Shown: piece after piece, positions 1 to 12,201 of the stretch
How the letters are laid out: every line of letters begins with the position of its first letter
How positions within the stretch are numbered: the stretch's first letter is position 1
Source: the human T2T-CHM13v2.0 reference genome, Homo sapiens
Direction: 5' to 3' (one strand)
NCBI RefSeq assembly: GCF_009914755.1
Contig: NC_060930.1
DNA: 64,000 bases
Notes under the pieces: generated by a model
Told to the model about the DNA's origin: nothing
Seen by the model: the letters and a program-made list of their open reading frames with translations, nothing else
Database searches by the model: none
Program-made: the position numbers and the translations under genes

Positions 1-470
1 TGTGTCTCTGCCAGGCTTTGGTATCAGTATGATGCTGGCCTCATAAAATGAGTCAGGGAGGATTCCCTCTTTTTCCGTTGATTGGAATAGTTTCAGAAGG
101 AAGGGTACCAGCTCCTCCTCGTACGTCTGGTAGAATTTGACTGTGAATCCATCTTCTCCTGGACTTCTTTTGGTTTGTAAGCTATTAATTATTTCCTCAA
201 TTTCAGAGCCTGTTATTAGTCTATTCAGAGATTCAACTTCTTCCTGGTTTAGTCTTGGGAGGGTGTATGTGTCCAGGAATTTATCCATCTCTTCTAGATT
301 TTCTAGTTTATTTGCATAGAGGTGTTTATATTATTCTCTGATGGTAGTTTTTATTTCTGTGGGATCGGTGGTGATATACCCTTTATCATTTATTATTGCA
401 TCTGTTAGATTCTTCTCTCATTTCTTCTTTTTTATTCTTGCTAGCGGTCTATCAGTTTTGTTGCTCTTTT
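1..470 (-). mobile_element. Inverted 5' segment (ORF2 mid region) of an L1PA4/5-type LINE-1; continues beyond window start
   Basis: Reverse complement matches the L1 ORF2 segment seen in sense at ~21005-21475; orientation flips at ...TTGCTCTTTT|AGAAAACCCC. Confidence 0.9.
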
Positions 471-2392
471 AGAAAACCCCATCATCTCAGCCCAATATCT
501 CCTTGAGCAGATAAGCAACTTCAGCAAAGTCTCAGGATACAAAATCAATGTGCAAAAGTCACAAGCATTCTTATACACCAATAACAGACAAACAGAGAGC
601 CAAGTCATGAGTGAACTCCCATTCACAATTGCTTCAAAGAGAATAAAATACCTAGGAATCCAACTTACAAGGGATGTGAAGGACTTTTCAAGGAGTACTA
701 CAAACCACTGCTCAACGAAATAAAAAAGGACACAAACAAATGGAAGAACATTCCATGCTCATGGATAGGAAGAATCAATATTGTGAAAATGGCCATACTG
801 CCCAAGGTAATTTATAGATTCAATGCCATCCCCATCAAGCTACCAATGACTTTCTTCACAGAATTGGAAAAAACTACTTTAAAGTTCATATGGAACCAAA
901 AAAAAAAAGCCTGCATTGCCAAGACAATCCTAAGCAAAAAGAACAAAGCTGGAGGCATCACACTACCTGATGTCAAACTATACTACAATGCTATAGTAAC
1001 CAAAACAGCATGGTACTGGTACCAAAACAGAGATATAGACCAATGGAACAGAACAGAGACCTCAGAAATAATATCACACATTTACAACTATCTGATCTTT
1101 GACAAACCTGAGAAAAACAAGAAACGGGGAAAGGATTCCCTATTTAATAAATGGTGGTGCTGGGAAAACTGGCTAGCCATATGTAGGAAGCTGAAACTGG
1201 ATCCCTTCCTTACACTTTATACAAAAATTAATTCAAGATGGATTAAAGACTTAAATGTTAGACCTAGAACCATAAAAATCCTAGAAGAAAACCTAGGCAA
1301 TACCATTCAGGACATAGGCATGGGCAAGGACTTCATGGCTAAAACACCAAAAGCAATGGCAACAAAAGCCAAAACTGACAAATGGGATCTAATTAAACTA
1401 AAGAGCTTCTGCACAGCAAAAGAAACTACCATCAGAATGAACAGGCATCCTACAGAACGGGAGACAATTTTTGGAATCTACTCATCTGACAAACAGCTAA
1501 TATCCAGAATCTACAAAGAACTTAAACAAATTTACAAGAAAAAAAAACAAACAACCCCATCAAAAAGTGGGCAAAGGATATGAACAGACACTTCTCAAAA
1601 GAAGACATTTATGCAGCCAAAAGGCACATGAGAAAATGCTTATCATCACTGGCCATCAGAGAAATGCAAATCAAAACCACGATGAGATACCATCTCACAC
1701 CAGTTAGAATGGCGATGATTAAAACGTCAGGAAACAACAGGTGCTGGAGAGGATGTGGAGAAATAGGAACACTTTTACACTGTTGGTGGGACTGTAAACT
1801 AGTTCAACCATTGTGGAAGTCAGTGTGGCGATTCCTCAAGGATCTAGAACTAGAAATACCATTTGACCCAGCCATCCCATTACTGGGTATATACCCAAAG
1901 GATTATAAATCATGCTGCTATAAAGACACATGCACACGTATGTTTATTGCAGCACTATTCACAATAGCGAAGACTTGGAACCAACCCAAATGTCCAACAA
2001 TGATAGACTGGATTAAGAAAACGTGGCATATATACACCATGGAATACTATGCAGCTATAAAAAGTGATGAGTTCATGTCATTTGTAGCGACATGGATGAA
2101 GCTGGAAACCATCATTCTCAGCAAACTATCTCAAGGAAAAAAAACCAAACACCGCGTGTTCTCACTCATAGGCGGGAATTGAACAATGAGAACACTCGGA
2201 CACAGGAAGGGGAACATCACACACCAGGGCCTGTTGTGCGGTGCAGGGAGGGGAGAAGGATAGCATTAGGAGATATACCTAATGTAAATGACGAGTTAAT
2301 GGGTGCAGCATACCAACATGGCCCATGTATACATATGTAACAAATCTGCACGTTGTGCACATGTACTCTAGAACTTAAAGTATTAAAAAAAA
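470..2392 (+). mobile_element. L1PA4/5-type LINE-1, 3' ~1.9 kb (ORF2 C-terminal part, 3'UTR, short A-tail)
   Basis: ORFs 783-1583 and 1580-2182 translate to ORF2p C-terminus ([18 protein letters not shown] zinc knuckle); 3'UTR ends GAACTTAAAGTATTAAAAAAAA. Confidence 0.95.
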
Positions 2393-2399
2393 TTTTTTT

Positions 2400-2585
2400 A
2401 AAGTTCAAATAACCGAACCCTCAATTTGCATTAACCCACCCCTTAATTTGCATGCAATTGTAAGTGGGTATAGGTGAGTATAAACACAGTTGCCAAGAGC
2501 CCATATTCTGCTGAATCTGTGTGCACTGCTAGGAGCAGTGCTATTCAATAAAAGGTTGCTAATACAAAAAAGCAAAAACAAAAAA
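2400..2585 (+). other. LTR-like fragment with its own AATAAA and A-rich tail; probable L1 3' transduction
   Basis: ATTTGCAT at 2424 and 2446, TATAAA 2479, AATAAA 2547, A-rich tail 2566-2585; lies between the L1 A-tail and the host L1M. Confidence 0.55.
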
Positions 2586-5480
2586 GCAATGCTATTAATT
2601 TTGTATGTTAATTTTTTATCCTACAACTTCACTGAATTTGTTGTTCAGTTCTAAGATTTTTGTGCCAACAACTTTTAGTTTTCTAAAGATAAGATCATGT
2701 CATCTGCAAAGAGGGACAATTTCACTTTCTCTTTTCCAATTTGGATGCCTTTTATTTCTTTGTCTATAGTGTGTGTGCATCAATAGATTGTTTATTTAAA
2801 ATCTTTCTGGTTTATTGATGTAGGTGTTATGGCTGTGAACATCTCTCTTTTAACTTCTTTTGCTGTGTAAAATAGGTTTTGGCATGTTGTGCTTATATTT
2901 TAACTTGTTTCAAGAAATTTTTCAATTTCCATCTTAGTTTCTTTATTGACTTAGTGGTCATTCTGGAGCACGTTTAATTTCTTTGTCTTTTTGTAGTTTC
3001 CAAGATTCCTTTTGGTATTGATTTCTAGTTTTATTCAACTGTGGTTTGAAAAGATAGCTTGACACAATTTCAAATTTTTAAAAATTAGTTGAGAGTTGTT
3101 TTGTGGCCTAACATAAGGTCAATCCTGGGGAATGTTCCATGTGCTGATGAGAAGAATGTGTGTGCTGGAGTTATCAGATAAAACCTTCTATAAATGTTTA
3201 CTAGGTTCATTTGATATTAAGTCCAGTTTAAGTCCAATGTGTCTTTCTTGACTTTCTGTCTAGATTATCTATCTAATGCTCATAGTGGGTGTTGAAGTCC
3301 CCTTTTGTTACTGTAGTGGAGTCTTTATTTCTTTATATTCAGTAATATTTGCTTATGAATCTGAGTGCTCCAGTGTTGGGTGCCTACATATTTAGAATTG
3401 TTACATCTTCTTGCTGGAGTGATCCCTTTATCATTATATAATGACTTTATTTGCCATATTTTATTGTTTTTATTTTAAAGTATGTTTTATCTTATTAAGA
3501 TAAGATAGTCATCCCTGCTTGCTTTTGGTTTCCATTTGTGTAGGAAATTTTTTTCATCCCTTTACTTTCAAGCTATTTGTGTTTTTATAGGTAAAGTGTG
3601 TATGTTGTAGGCAATATATAATTGGGTCATGTTCTTTTTTAAATTCATTCAGCCAAATTATATCATTTAAGTGGAGAATTTAATCCATTTATGAATGAAG
3701 GTTATTATTGATATGTGAGGTTTTGTTCCTGTCATATTGTTAATTATTTTCTTCTTGTTTTGTATATCCTTTGTTCCTTTCTTTTTATCTTATTGACTGT
3801 CCTTGAGGCTTACTGCTTTTCTGTGGTGGTATCATTTGAGACTTTTTTCTTCATCATTTGTATACTTGCTTTATGAGTGTGTTTTCTATTTTTGTGTATG
3901 TTAATGATGATAATTATCATCCTTTCAGGTTTAGTACTCCCTTGAGCATTTCTTAAAAGGCCAGTCTAGTGGTGATAAATTCCCTGTGCATTTGCTTATC
4001 TGAGAAACACTTTATTTCTCCTTCGTTGATGAAGAATAGTTTTGCTGGACATAGTATCCTTTGCTTGAAGGTTTTTTCTTTTGTCACTTAATATATCATA
4101 CCAATCTCTCTTGGCTGTTAAGGGTTCTGCTGAGAAGTCTGCCATTAGTTTAATGGGGGCTCCTTTATAAGTGACTAAACTCCATTGTCTTGCACTCTTT
4201 AGAATTTTTCTTTTTGCCATTGACTTTAAAGAGTTTCATTATAATGTCCCATGAAGAAGACCTTTTTGCATTGTATCTGTTTGTGTATCACTGGGTCTCC
4301 TGTATCTGAATGTCTATATATCCTACTAGACTTGGGTAGTTTTCATGTTATTTTGTTAAATGAGTTTTTGAACCCCTTTTCTCTCTCTTTGGCTTTGGGA
4401 TACTGATAATTTGTATATTTCGTCACTTATGGTATCCCATATATCACAAAGGTTTTATTTACTCTTTTTTTATTCTCTTTATTTTTTCTGCATGGGTTAT
4501 TTCAAAAGGCCTGTCTTAAAGTTCAGAGATTCTTTCTTCTGCTTTATTGAGTTTATTGTTGAAGGTTTCAAGTATTCAAGGAGTTCCTCACTTCCAGAAT
4601 TTCTGTTTTGGTTCTTTTATGTGATACTTATTACTCTGGTAAATTTCTATTCATATTCTAAATTGCTTTTGTGATTTCTTTGGGTTTTTTTTGGAATTAT
4701 CTCAAACTTCACTGAGCTTCTTAGTATCATAAATTTAAATTCTTTTTCTAAAAATTTGTGAATTTCTTTTTGATTGGAATCTGTTGCTGGAGAATTTTTG
4801 TGTTCCTTTGAAGGTGTCATTTTTCCTTCTTTTTTCATGTTTCCTTGTCCTTCAGTTAATATCTGTGTGTCTGGTGTAATAGTCACTTCTTGCAATTTTT
4901 TTAATTTGCCTTCATGGGAGGACTTTCTCCTGGAGATGTATTAATGGTGTTGGTTTTATAGGACCCTTTAGCTTTGATTCTGGGTGCATATGGCAATGTA
5001 GCCTCTATATGGTTTCTTTGGCTGTAAACAGTATGAGTAATATCTGTGGTTTCCTAGGTGGTTTAGGCTCTAATTATTAGTGGAGGCTATGGTGAAGTTT
5101 TTCTGGGGGCAGGGATGGCAGGTGGGTCCATATCTGGTCCCCATTGGTGGAAGCAGTGGGCTGAGCATGCTTACTCTTGGGCCCAAGCATAGCAGATGCT
5201 GGCACTTGTGTTAGTGGGATAAAGTAGGCCAGTTCTTGAGCCTGTAGTGGCTGCAGTGGGCTGGGTGGGTAAATGGGTTCCCATGTCCCCGAGAAGTCAA
5301 CGTGGTATCAGTGAAGCCAGTAGCAGTGGTGGGATGACTCTCTGGGTCCTGAGCACTGCACATTGGTATTGGTGGTGGTTGTATGCAAGGTTGCCAGTCA
5401 CAGCCCCAGACATACAGTTCTCAAATGTTCCTGCTCTCCACAGCAGCAGCACCACAGCATCACACAGAAGCAGGTAGGAA
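2586..5480 (-). mobile_element. Old L1M-type LINE-1 (ORF2 fragments, ORF1, 5'UTR) with an internal ORF2 deletion near 2765
   Basis: Minus-strand ORFs 3996-4220 (YKGAPIKLMADFSAE) and 4647-4895 resemble ORF1p; ORF2-like antisense sequence 2586-3600. Confidence 0.8.
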
Positions 5481-5539
5481 CCACACATTTCATGTGCTAG
5501 CCTGTGTATATAGGCTATGCTACCAAAATATGTCACATG

Positions 5540-6150
5540 ATAACAAGTATTAGTGAAGGTATGAGGAAATTGGAAGTATTGTATATCATCAGTGTAAATG
5601 TAAAATGACACAACTGCTATAGAAAACAGTATGGTGGTTCTGTAAAAAATTAAAAATAGAACAGCATATGATCCAGCAGTCCTAGTTTTAGATATTTATC
5701 CAAAAGAATTGAATACAGGATCTCAAAAAGTTGTTTGCATTCTCACGTTCATTGCAGCACTATTCACAATAGCCAATATGTGGAGACAACCTAAATGCCC
5801 ATCAACAGATGAATGGATAATGAATATGTAGTATATACAGAAAATCCTGTCATATCTACAACATGGATGAACCTTAAGGTTATGCTAAGTGAAACAGCTC
5901 ATCGTATTAGGACAAATACTGCATGCTTCCACTTATATGAGGTATCTAAAGGAGTCAAACTCATAGAAGCAGAAAGTAGAATGACAGTTGCCAGGGGTTA
6001 TGGGGAGGGGAAAATGAAGAGTTGCTATTTAATGGGTATTGAATTTCAATCTTGCAAGATGAAACAGCTCTAGAAATTTGCTGCACAACAGTGTGCACAT
6101 AGTTAACAATACTGTGCTGTAACACTTAAAAATTTGTTAAGGGAGTAAAA
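5540..6150 (+). mobile_element. L1MB-type 3' end
   Basis: ORF2 tail remnant (TTWMNLKVMLSE) followed by L1MB-like 3'UTR. Confidence 0.75.
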
Positions 6151-6164
6151 AAATCTTCATTTAG

Positions 6165-6868
6165 TTATCTCACACTCACTAAGATGGCTACAACAAGATA
6201 CGATCACGAAAAAAAAAAGAGCATTGGTGAGGAAGTAGAGAAACTGAAACATTCATGCCTTACTCATGGGAGTGTAAAATGGTGTAGACTTTGTGGAAAA
6301 CAAATTGGCATTTTCTCAAAAAGTTAAACACAAAGACATCATATGACTCAGCAATTTCACTCTTAGGAATATGCCCCAGATAATCAAAAACATATGTCCA
6401 TGCATAATTTTCTATGCTAAAATTTGTAGCTGCATTATTCATAATAGTCAGAGGGGTAACAACTAAATGTTCATTAATTAATGAATAAATAAAATATTTG
6501 TACAATGTAATATTATTAAGACATAAACAGGAATGAAGTACTATGACATGGCAAAATGAATAACCTTGAAAACATGCCAAGTGATGGACATCAGACACAA
6601 AAGACCACATATTATATAAATCCATTTCTATGAAATTTCCAGAATAGGCAAATCCATAGAAAAAGAAAGTAGATTAGTTACCATGGGATCTGGAGAAGGT
6701 GAGATTGAGACTAACTGCTAATAATTACCAGGTTTCTTTTTTGACATGATGAAAATGTCTGGAATGAAATAGTGGTGATGTTTGTACAACATATAAGTAA
6801 ACTAAAAATCACTATATTGTGCATTTTACAATAATGAATGTTGTGTGAATTGTGTCTCAATTTAAAAA
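6165..6868 (+). mobile_element. Second, older L1MB-type 3' end
   Basis: L1MB-like 3'UTR (CCAGAATAGGCAAATCCATAGA...GTGAATTGTGTCTCAAT). Confidence 0.7.
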
Positions 6869-6900
6869 CTTTTTGAGGTATATTGTTTAATTTGCAAAAA

Positions 6901-7031
6901 CAGATGGTCTCTGGCTTATGGTAGTTTAACATACAATTTTTTGACCTTATGATAGGTTTATTAGGGTATTAAGTACATTTTTGACTTATGAGTTTATCAG
7001 GATGTACTCCATCATAAGTCAAGGAACATCG
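6901..7031 (-). mobile_element. MER47/Tigger-derived MITE
   Basis: Degenerate terminal inverted repeats CAGATGGTCTCTGGCTTATG / CATAAGTCAAGGAACATC. Confidence 0.65.
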
Positions 7032-7956
7032 ATATGTGGTGATGTTTGTATTATTGTTTGAAATTTATTTTCATATTAATTCTCTTATAATCAAAGAAAC
7101 TGTGTATTATTTAAATCTTTTGACATTTGTTGAAATTTAATTTATATACTAGTATATGATCCATTTGGTCGATAGTTTATAATTATAAAAATGTGCATTC
7201 AGTTGTAGTTCATTATAGTGATCTATATATGTCATTTAAGTCAAGTGTCTTAATCACGTTAATCAGAACCTTTATAACCTGATTTTTTGTGTCCATGCTT
7301 TACTAATTACTGAAAATTAGAATTTCCCACAATTTGTATATTGCCATTAGATATGTCATTTTTGTTTTATTGGTTTTGATGCTACGTTATTTTAGGCACA
7401 TACAAACTTAGAAGTGTTCTATCTTTCTATTTGACCATTTTATCATTAGAAAACATTCTACCCTTATTCCTGATAATATTTTTTGCCATAAAATCTACAT
7501 TGTCAGACATTAGCTTTCTTTTGCTAAATTTTACATGCTGTTTATTGTTCCATTTTCTACATTCAAATTTTGTCTTTATGTTTAGAGTCAGCCTTTTAAA
7601 AGCAGCATATAGTTGATTTTCTAAAAATATGAGCCTGACAATCATTGCCTTTCACTTGAAAATTTTAGACCATTTATGTTTAATATACCACTAATATATC
7701 TCAACTTAAACATATCATCTTATTATTTGTCCCACCTTGTCTATTTTCTCTCTTTTCTCACCTTCTTTTGAATTAATCAACTATTTTATTATTTCATTTT
7801 CCTCTTTGTTAGTTTTTATTTTTGATATTTGTCTACATTTTCTAACTGGTTACCATGGAGACTACTTCATGCAGCCTTAACTAATATACATAAGTACTTT
7901 CACTACTTCTTGGACAATGCAAAAAACTCCTTTATGTTAATCATTGTCATGTACCT

Positions 7957-8311
7957 TGATATGGTTTGGCTGTGTCCCCACTGAAATCTCCAGTTGAATT
8001 GTATCTCCCAGAATTCCCACATGTTGTGGGAGGCACCCAGGGGGAGGTAATTTAATCAGGAGGCTGGGTCTTTCCCATGCTATTCTTGTGATAGTGAATA
8101 AGTCTCACAAGATCTAATGGGTTTATTAGGTGTTTCTGCTTTTGTCTCTGCCTCATTTTTCTCTTGCCACTACCATGTAAGAAGTGCCTTTCACTTCCCG
8201 CCATGATTCTGAGGCTTCCCCAGCCATATGGAACGGTAAGTCCAATTAAACCTCTTTTTTTTCTCAGTCTCAGGATTGTCTTAATCAGCAGTGTGAAAAT
8301 GAATTAATACA
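7957..8311 (+). mobile_element. THE1A solo LTR (MaLR)
   Basis: TGATATGGTTTGGCTGTGTCCCC...TAATACA, 355 bp, perfect 5-bp TSD TACCT (7952-7956 / 8312-8316). Confidence 0.9.
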
Positions 8312-8909
8312 TACCTTAAATCTACATATATATTTTAAGACTCATTCCTTTTACCCCTGGCTGCTTTTAATTTTTTCTTTTGTCTTTGGTTATCAACAGT
8401 TTTATAATAATGAATGTAGTATGGCTTTTTCAGTGTTCATACTTTTGGGAGTTTGTGATTCTTCTTAAAGTTGTGGATTATTGTCTTTCAGTTTGAAGGA
8501 ACTCTCAATTTCTCATCAAATACTTTATCTCCCCATTACTTTACACTTCTCTTTTTGGAATTCCAATTACACATATTTTAGACCTTTTAATTGTATTTTA
8601 TATATCTCTGATAATTGTTTTTATATTTTTCCTCATTCTTCCTTTCCATGATTCAGTCAACATTTTCTGCTGAATCATCCTCCAATTCATTAATTCTTCA
8701 GATGTGTCTAACTTGTTGTTAAACTCTATTAAGTTCTCAATTTTAGTTATTTTATTTTTTAGTTATATCATTTTCATTTTATTATTGTTTTTTACTACTT
8801 TTAGTATAAATTTTTCATCTCATCCTTTATATCTTGCATGTATTAATCACAGATACTTATAAGTCCATGTCTGATTCACTCAATATTTGTTTGTTTTTAT
8901 GTGTTTTTT

Positions 8910-8912
<3 letters not shown>

Positions 8913-8946
<34 letters not shown>
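8913..8946. repeat. (GT)17 microsatellite
   Basis: Read directly. Confidence 0.95.
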
Positions 8947-8948
<2 letters not shown>

Positions 8949-9559
8949 ATGTGTGCCTGGTCTTTTCTTTGATATGGGTAAGTTTTTTATTCAAAAACGA
9001 GTGTTTTGAAAGAAAAGTTGCATAAATAAATTGAAGCCTTAGAAAATGTTATCTGCTTCCAAAGAGTATTTAGTCATACTTCTGTTAGAAAGAGTAGAAG
9101 CTGATTGCCTTAATCCAACAGGATTAATCACTTTTAAAAGAGAGTTTCCAACCTTGTGATGGTTTATTTCTAGTTTCCCATGACTCATAGAATATAGTCC
9201 CTCCCATATGAAAGCCTGGGAGGTTTACCAAGGCTTCTGCTCATTTTTTTAATGTAAATGTATTACAATAGAAATAATTCAAAGTTCTGCTCCACTTCCT
9301 AGTCTCTTAACCACAATTTTCTGCTCAGTCTCAGCTTCTAAACTGCTGGTTCCAAATAAGCAAATCTCTCAAGGAAAAGGCATTGCAGAATATTGGGATT
9401 ATCTCAATGCATTTCCCATCTCAGGAATCTTGGCCTTCAAGCCCCATTGCCTTCAAGCTCTCAAATGCCTTCAAGCAAATATTTATTCAGCATTTCTAGT
9501 TGTTCTCAATAGAAAAGAAAATCTGATATGTGCTATTTTCTTATTTAGATGTGGAGTTA

Positions 9560-9785
9560 AGGAGATACAAGAACTTACTATTTCTCTCTCTGCTCTCTGC
9601 CATGTGAGAATATAATGAGAAGGCAGACATCTGCAAATCAGGAAGCCAGCTCTCACCACACATTAGATCTACAAGCACTTTGATCGTTGACTTCCTAGCC
9701 TCTAGAACTGTGAAAAATAAATCCTTGCTATTTAAAACATCCAGCCTGTGATAATTTATTATAGCAGTCTGAACTGACCCAGACA
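9560..9785 (+). mobile_element. MLT1A-type LTR, 3' part
   Basis: GACTTCCTAGCCTCTAGAACTGTGAAAAATAAAT...TTATAGCAGTCTGAACTGACCCAGACA MaLR 3' end. Confidence 0.75.
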
Positions 9786-10441
9786 TAGGGTAATAACAAT
9801 GTAGTGTTATATTTCTTTCTTCTGGGAAAAATACGACTGTCAATATATTTCACATATTACAAATACAATGCATGTTCACTGAACAACTTTGAAAAATTAG
9901 AAAAGCATAAAGAAGAAAATGTAAATCACCTATAAGTTCACCATCCAGAGACAAACTCAGTTAGTCATTTGATATATATTCTTCCACTATTACTTTACAA
10001 TATTTTTTCACAAAAAATATTATAATATATACACATTATAATGTAGTTTGGTGTTCTTTTTATTTAAAAATATGTGTAAACATCTTTCCATGTCATTAAA
10101 TGTTTCTCTCCTGTAGTTCTTTGGTTTTCATTTTGGCTTTAAGCAGTCACCATAATTTAATAACAAATCTTCATTGTTGGACACTGAAGTTGTTTCTCAA
10201 ATTTGGAATTGTTATAGATAATTTTTATACAATTATCCTTTTATTCATATGTATGCAATATGGTCTAAGTATAATCCTATAAGTGGGATTGGTGTGTCAA
10301 AGTGAACAAACATTTTAAGATTTTTGATACATGTATATGGTTAAGTTGCCTCCTAGAAAAATTATATGACTTGACTTCCATTCAAGATGATGTGAGTGTT
10401 CATTTTGCTACACCATCTATTACTGAATAAAATTCATTTTT

Positions 10442-10597
10442 GACTGGGTGCAGTGGCTCATGCTTGTAATTTCAGCGCTTTGGGAGATCTAGACAGGAGG
10501 ATCACCTGAGCCCAGGGATTCAAGACAAGCCTAGGCAACACAGTGAGACCCTGTCTCTACAAAAAATAAAAAATAATTTTTAAAAGAATAGTAATAA
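10442..10597 (+). mobile_element. Free left Alu monomer (FLAM-type)
   Basis: Single Alu arm with A-rich tail; near-perfect TSD AATAA(A/G)ATTCATTTT at 10426-10440 / 10598-10612. Confidence 0.85.
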
Positions 10598-11054
10598 AAT
10601 AAGATTCATTTTCATCACCAATTTGACAGATAAAAATGGATCTTTTCTATTTGCAGTTTTGATTTCTGGCAAAAAAAAGAAAATTTGCCATATGTGTATT
10701 ATCTTTTGTAAAATTTTTTCTGTTGGTAATTATCTATGTCTTTTGCTCATTTAAAGAATTATATTTATAAAATAAATTCATAGGATGGTAAATTCTGTTG
10801 CTGTGCATGTATGAAAAGTAGTTACTATGGAAAATTCCTTTACAAACAATGCTGGGAAATTTGCTTCATAAATGAATCCTTAATTAGCTGCAAAACTTAT
10901 TTGTTAACAATACTGGATACTGTATTACTAGCATTGAGAATTACCATTATTCTTTAGTTGCAAAATTTCTTATGGTCTGACAACATAATAAATTATTCAT
11001 TGCCATGGTTTGATGAATTCTGATTATTTATACTTGAATATATATGTTATGTTA

Positions 11055-11754
11055 CTGCAATGAAAAGGCCATTTATTCAGTACTATCTCATCATCTTCTC
11101 TTTCTAGGGATTCATCATGAATATCCATAATATGGTTTCTACAAATGCATGAAGGAATCAGAGGAGACCTGCTAACCATGAAAAGAAGAGCATAGCAATA
11201 GAGAACCAAAGTGGCACAAGAATGATCATCTTTGAATAATTTAGAATCAAATAACATCAAATCAACAAACACTTATTGAAGCTCTCCATCTTTCCATCCT
11301 TGATTCCTGTGTTATTCAGCATTTTTGGTAGGTTTCCAGCAGGCAGCCTTCTCTCAAAAGTACTGTTAGGTTGTAATGTTTGCAAGTGCTGTCTTCAGGC
11401 TCTCTTACTGCTGATGAGTATCAATCACATAAAATTGTGTAAACTCCTGCTTCATAAAAAAGCAAGAGGCAAAAATCTTCCTGCTTGGCATTTCAATGAA
11501 GTTGAATTCAATGTCATGATAGCAGTAAATATAAATTGATTTCTAGTATGATAACCAATAAGGAGACCCTAAGTTTCTCTCAGAACCCAGATAGCATGTA
11601 ATAAATTCTCCATATCTTGACAAATTTTTAAACAAAGTATTTTAGCTCTTCTTCCAGCTTTCAAAATATGCATTAAAACCAGAAGACAAAGACTTAAATC
11701 CAAATGCAGTATCATCATATGGCAATGTCACATAATTGCATGAAAAAATTGATT
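11055..11754 (-). pseudogene. Candidate decayed exon(s) of an RGS-domain-like pseudogene; also a candidate terminal exon 11446 to ~11055
   Basis: Acceptors ATAATTTAG|11754 and TTGCTTTTTTATGAAGCAG|11446; minus-strand AATAAA at 11072-11077; frames give LKICQDMENLLHAIW and QEDFCLLLFYEAGVYTILCD*Y. Confidence 0.45.
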
Positions 11755-11799
11755 CTAAATTATAAAATTCATTATAAATAAAAGGTGAGAATGCAGTGA

Positions 11800-12020
11800 T
11801 ATATAGTGTAGTGGTACCAGACAACAAGAGTTGAAATCCTAAATTAACCGCTTAATAGATGCATAACCTTGTCATATTTCTTAACATATGTGTGCTTCAT
11901 TTTCTTTGTCTGTAAATAGGAATAATGGTAACTACTTTATAGGATAGTTGCAAAAATTCTATGGATTAATAATGCCTGGCACATAGTAAGCGCCAAAAAT
12001 TGTGTTTGTCATTATTAGTA
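11800..12020 (+). mobile_element. MIR
   Basis: Core CTTCATTTTCTTTGTCTGTAAATAGGAATAAT and tail ATGCCTGGCACATAGTAAGCGC. Confidence 0.75.
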
Positions 12021-12091
12021 GTATTGCTAGTACTATTACTCCTATGAATAAAAGACTCCATGAGCAATTAGGAAAATAAAGTGATGCTTAC

Positions 12092-12201
12092 CAGGAGTCA
12101 ATATGTATTCAGCATGAATTCTCTTTCATTTTATACAACAACCGGTGTAAAAGATGTAGAAATCTTGTCTATCTTCTTTCTTTTGAAGCTTCAGTATTCA
12201 C
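12092..12201 (-). pseudogene. 110-bp candidate exon with intact splice sites; all three frames contain stops
   Basis: Acceptor CTTTACTTATTTTTCACAG|G, donor CTG|GTAAGC; phase-0 frame VNTEASKERR*TRFLHLLHRLLYKMKE. Confidence 0.6.

Larger units (their letters stand above)
7040..9000 (-). mobile_element. Highly diverged old L1 (L1M/L1ME), interrupted by THE1A
   Basis: ORF 7427-7645 resembles the L1 endonuclease N-terminus; T-rich antisense L1 composition. Confidence 0.55.

Noticed and set aside
783-2182. 266-aa and 200-aa ORFs as host genes
   Set aside because: Frameshifted C-terminal pieces of L1 ORF2p in a truncated element.
11024-11539. 82-aa and 87-aa ORFs as intact small genes
   Set aside because: Non-ATG starts; better explained as pseudogene remnant or chance.
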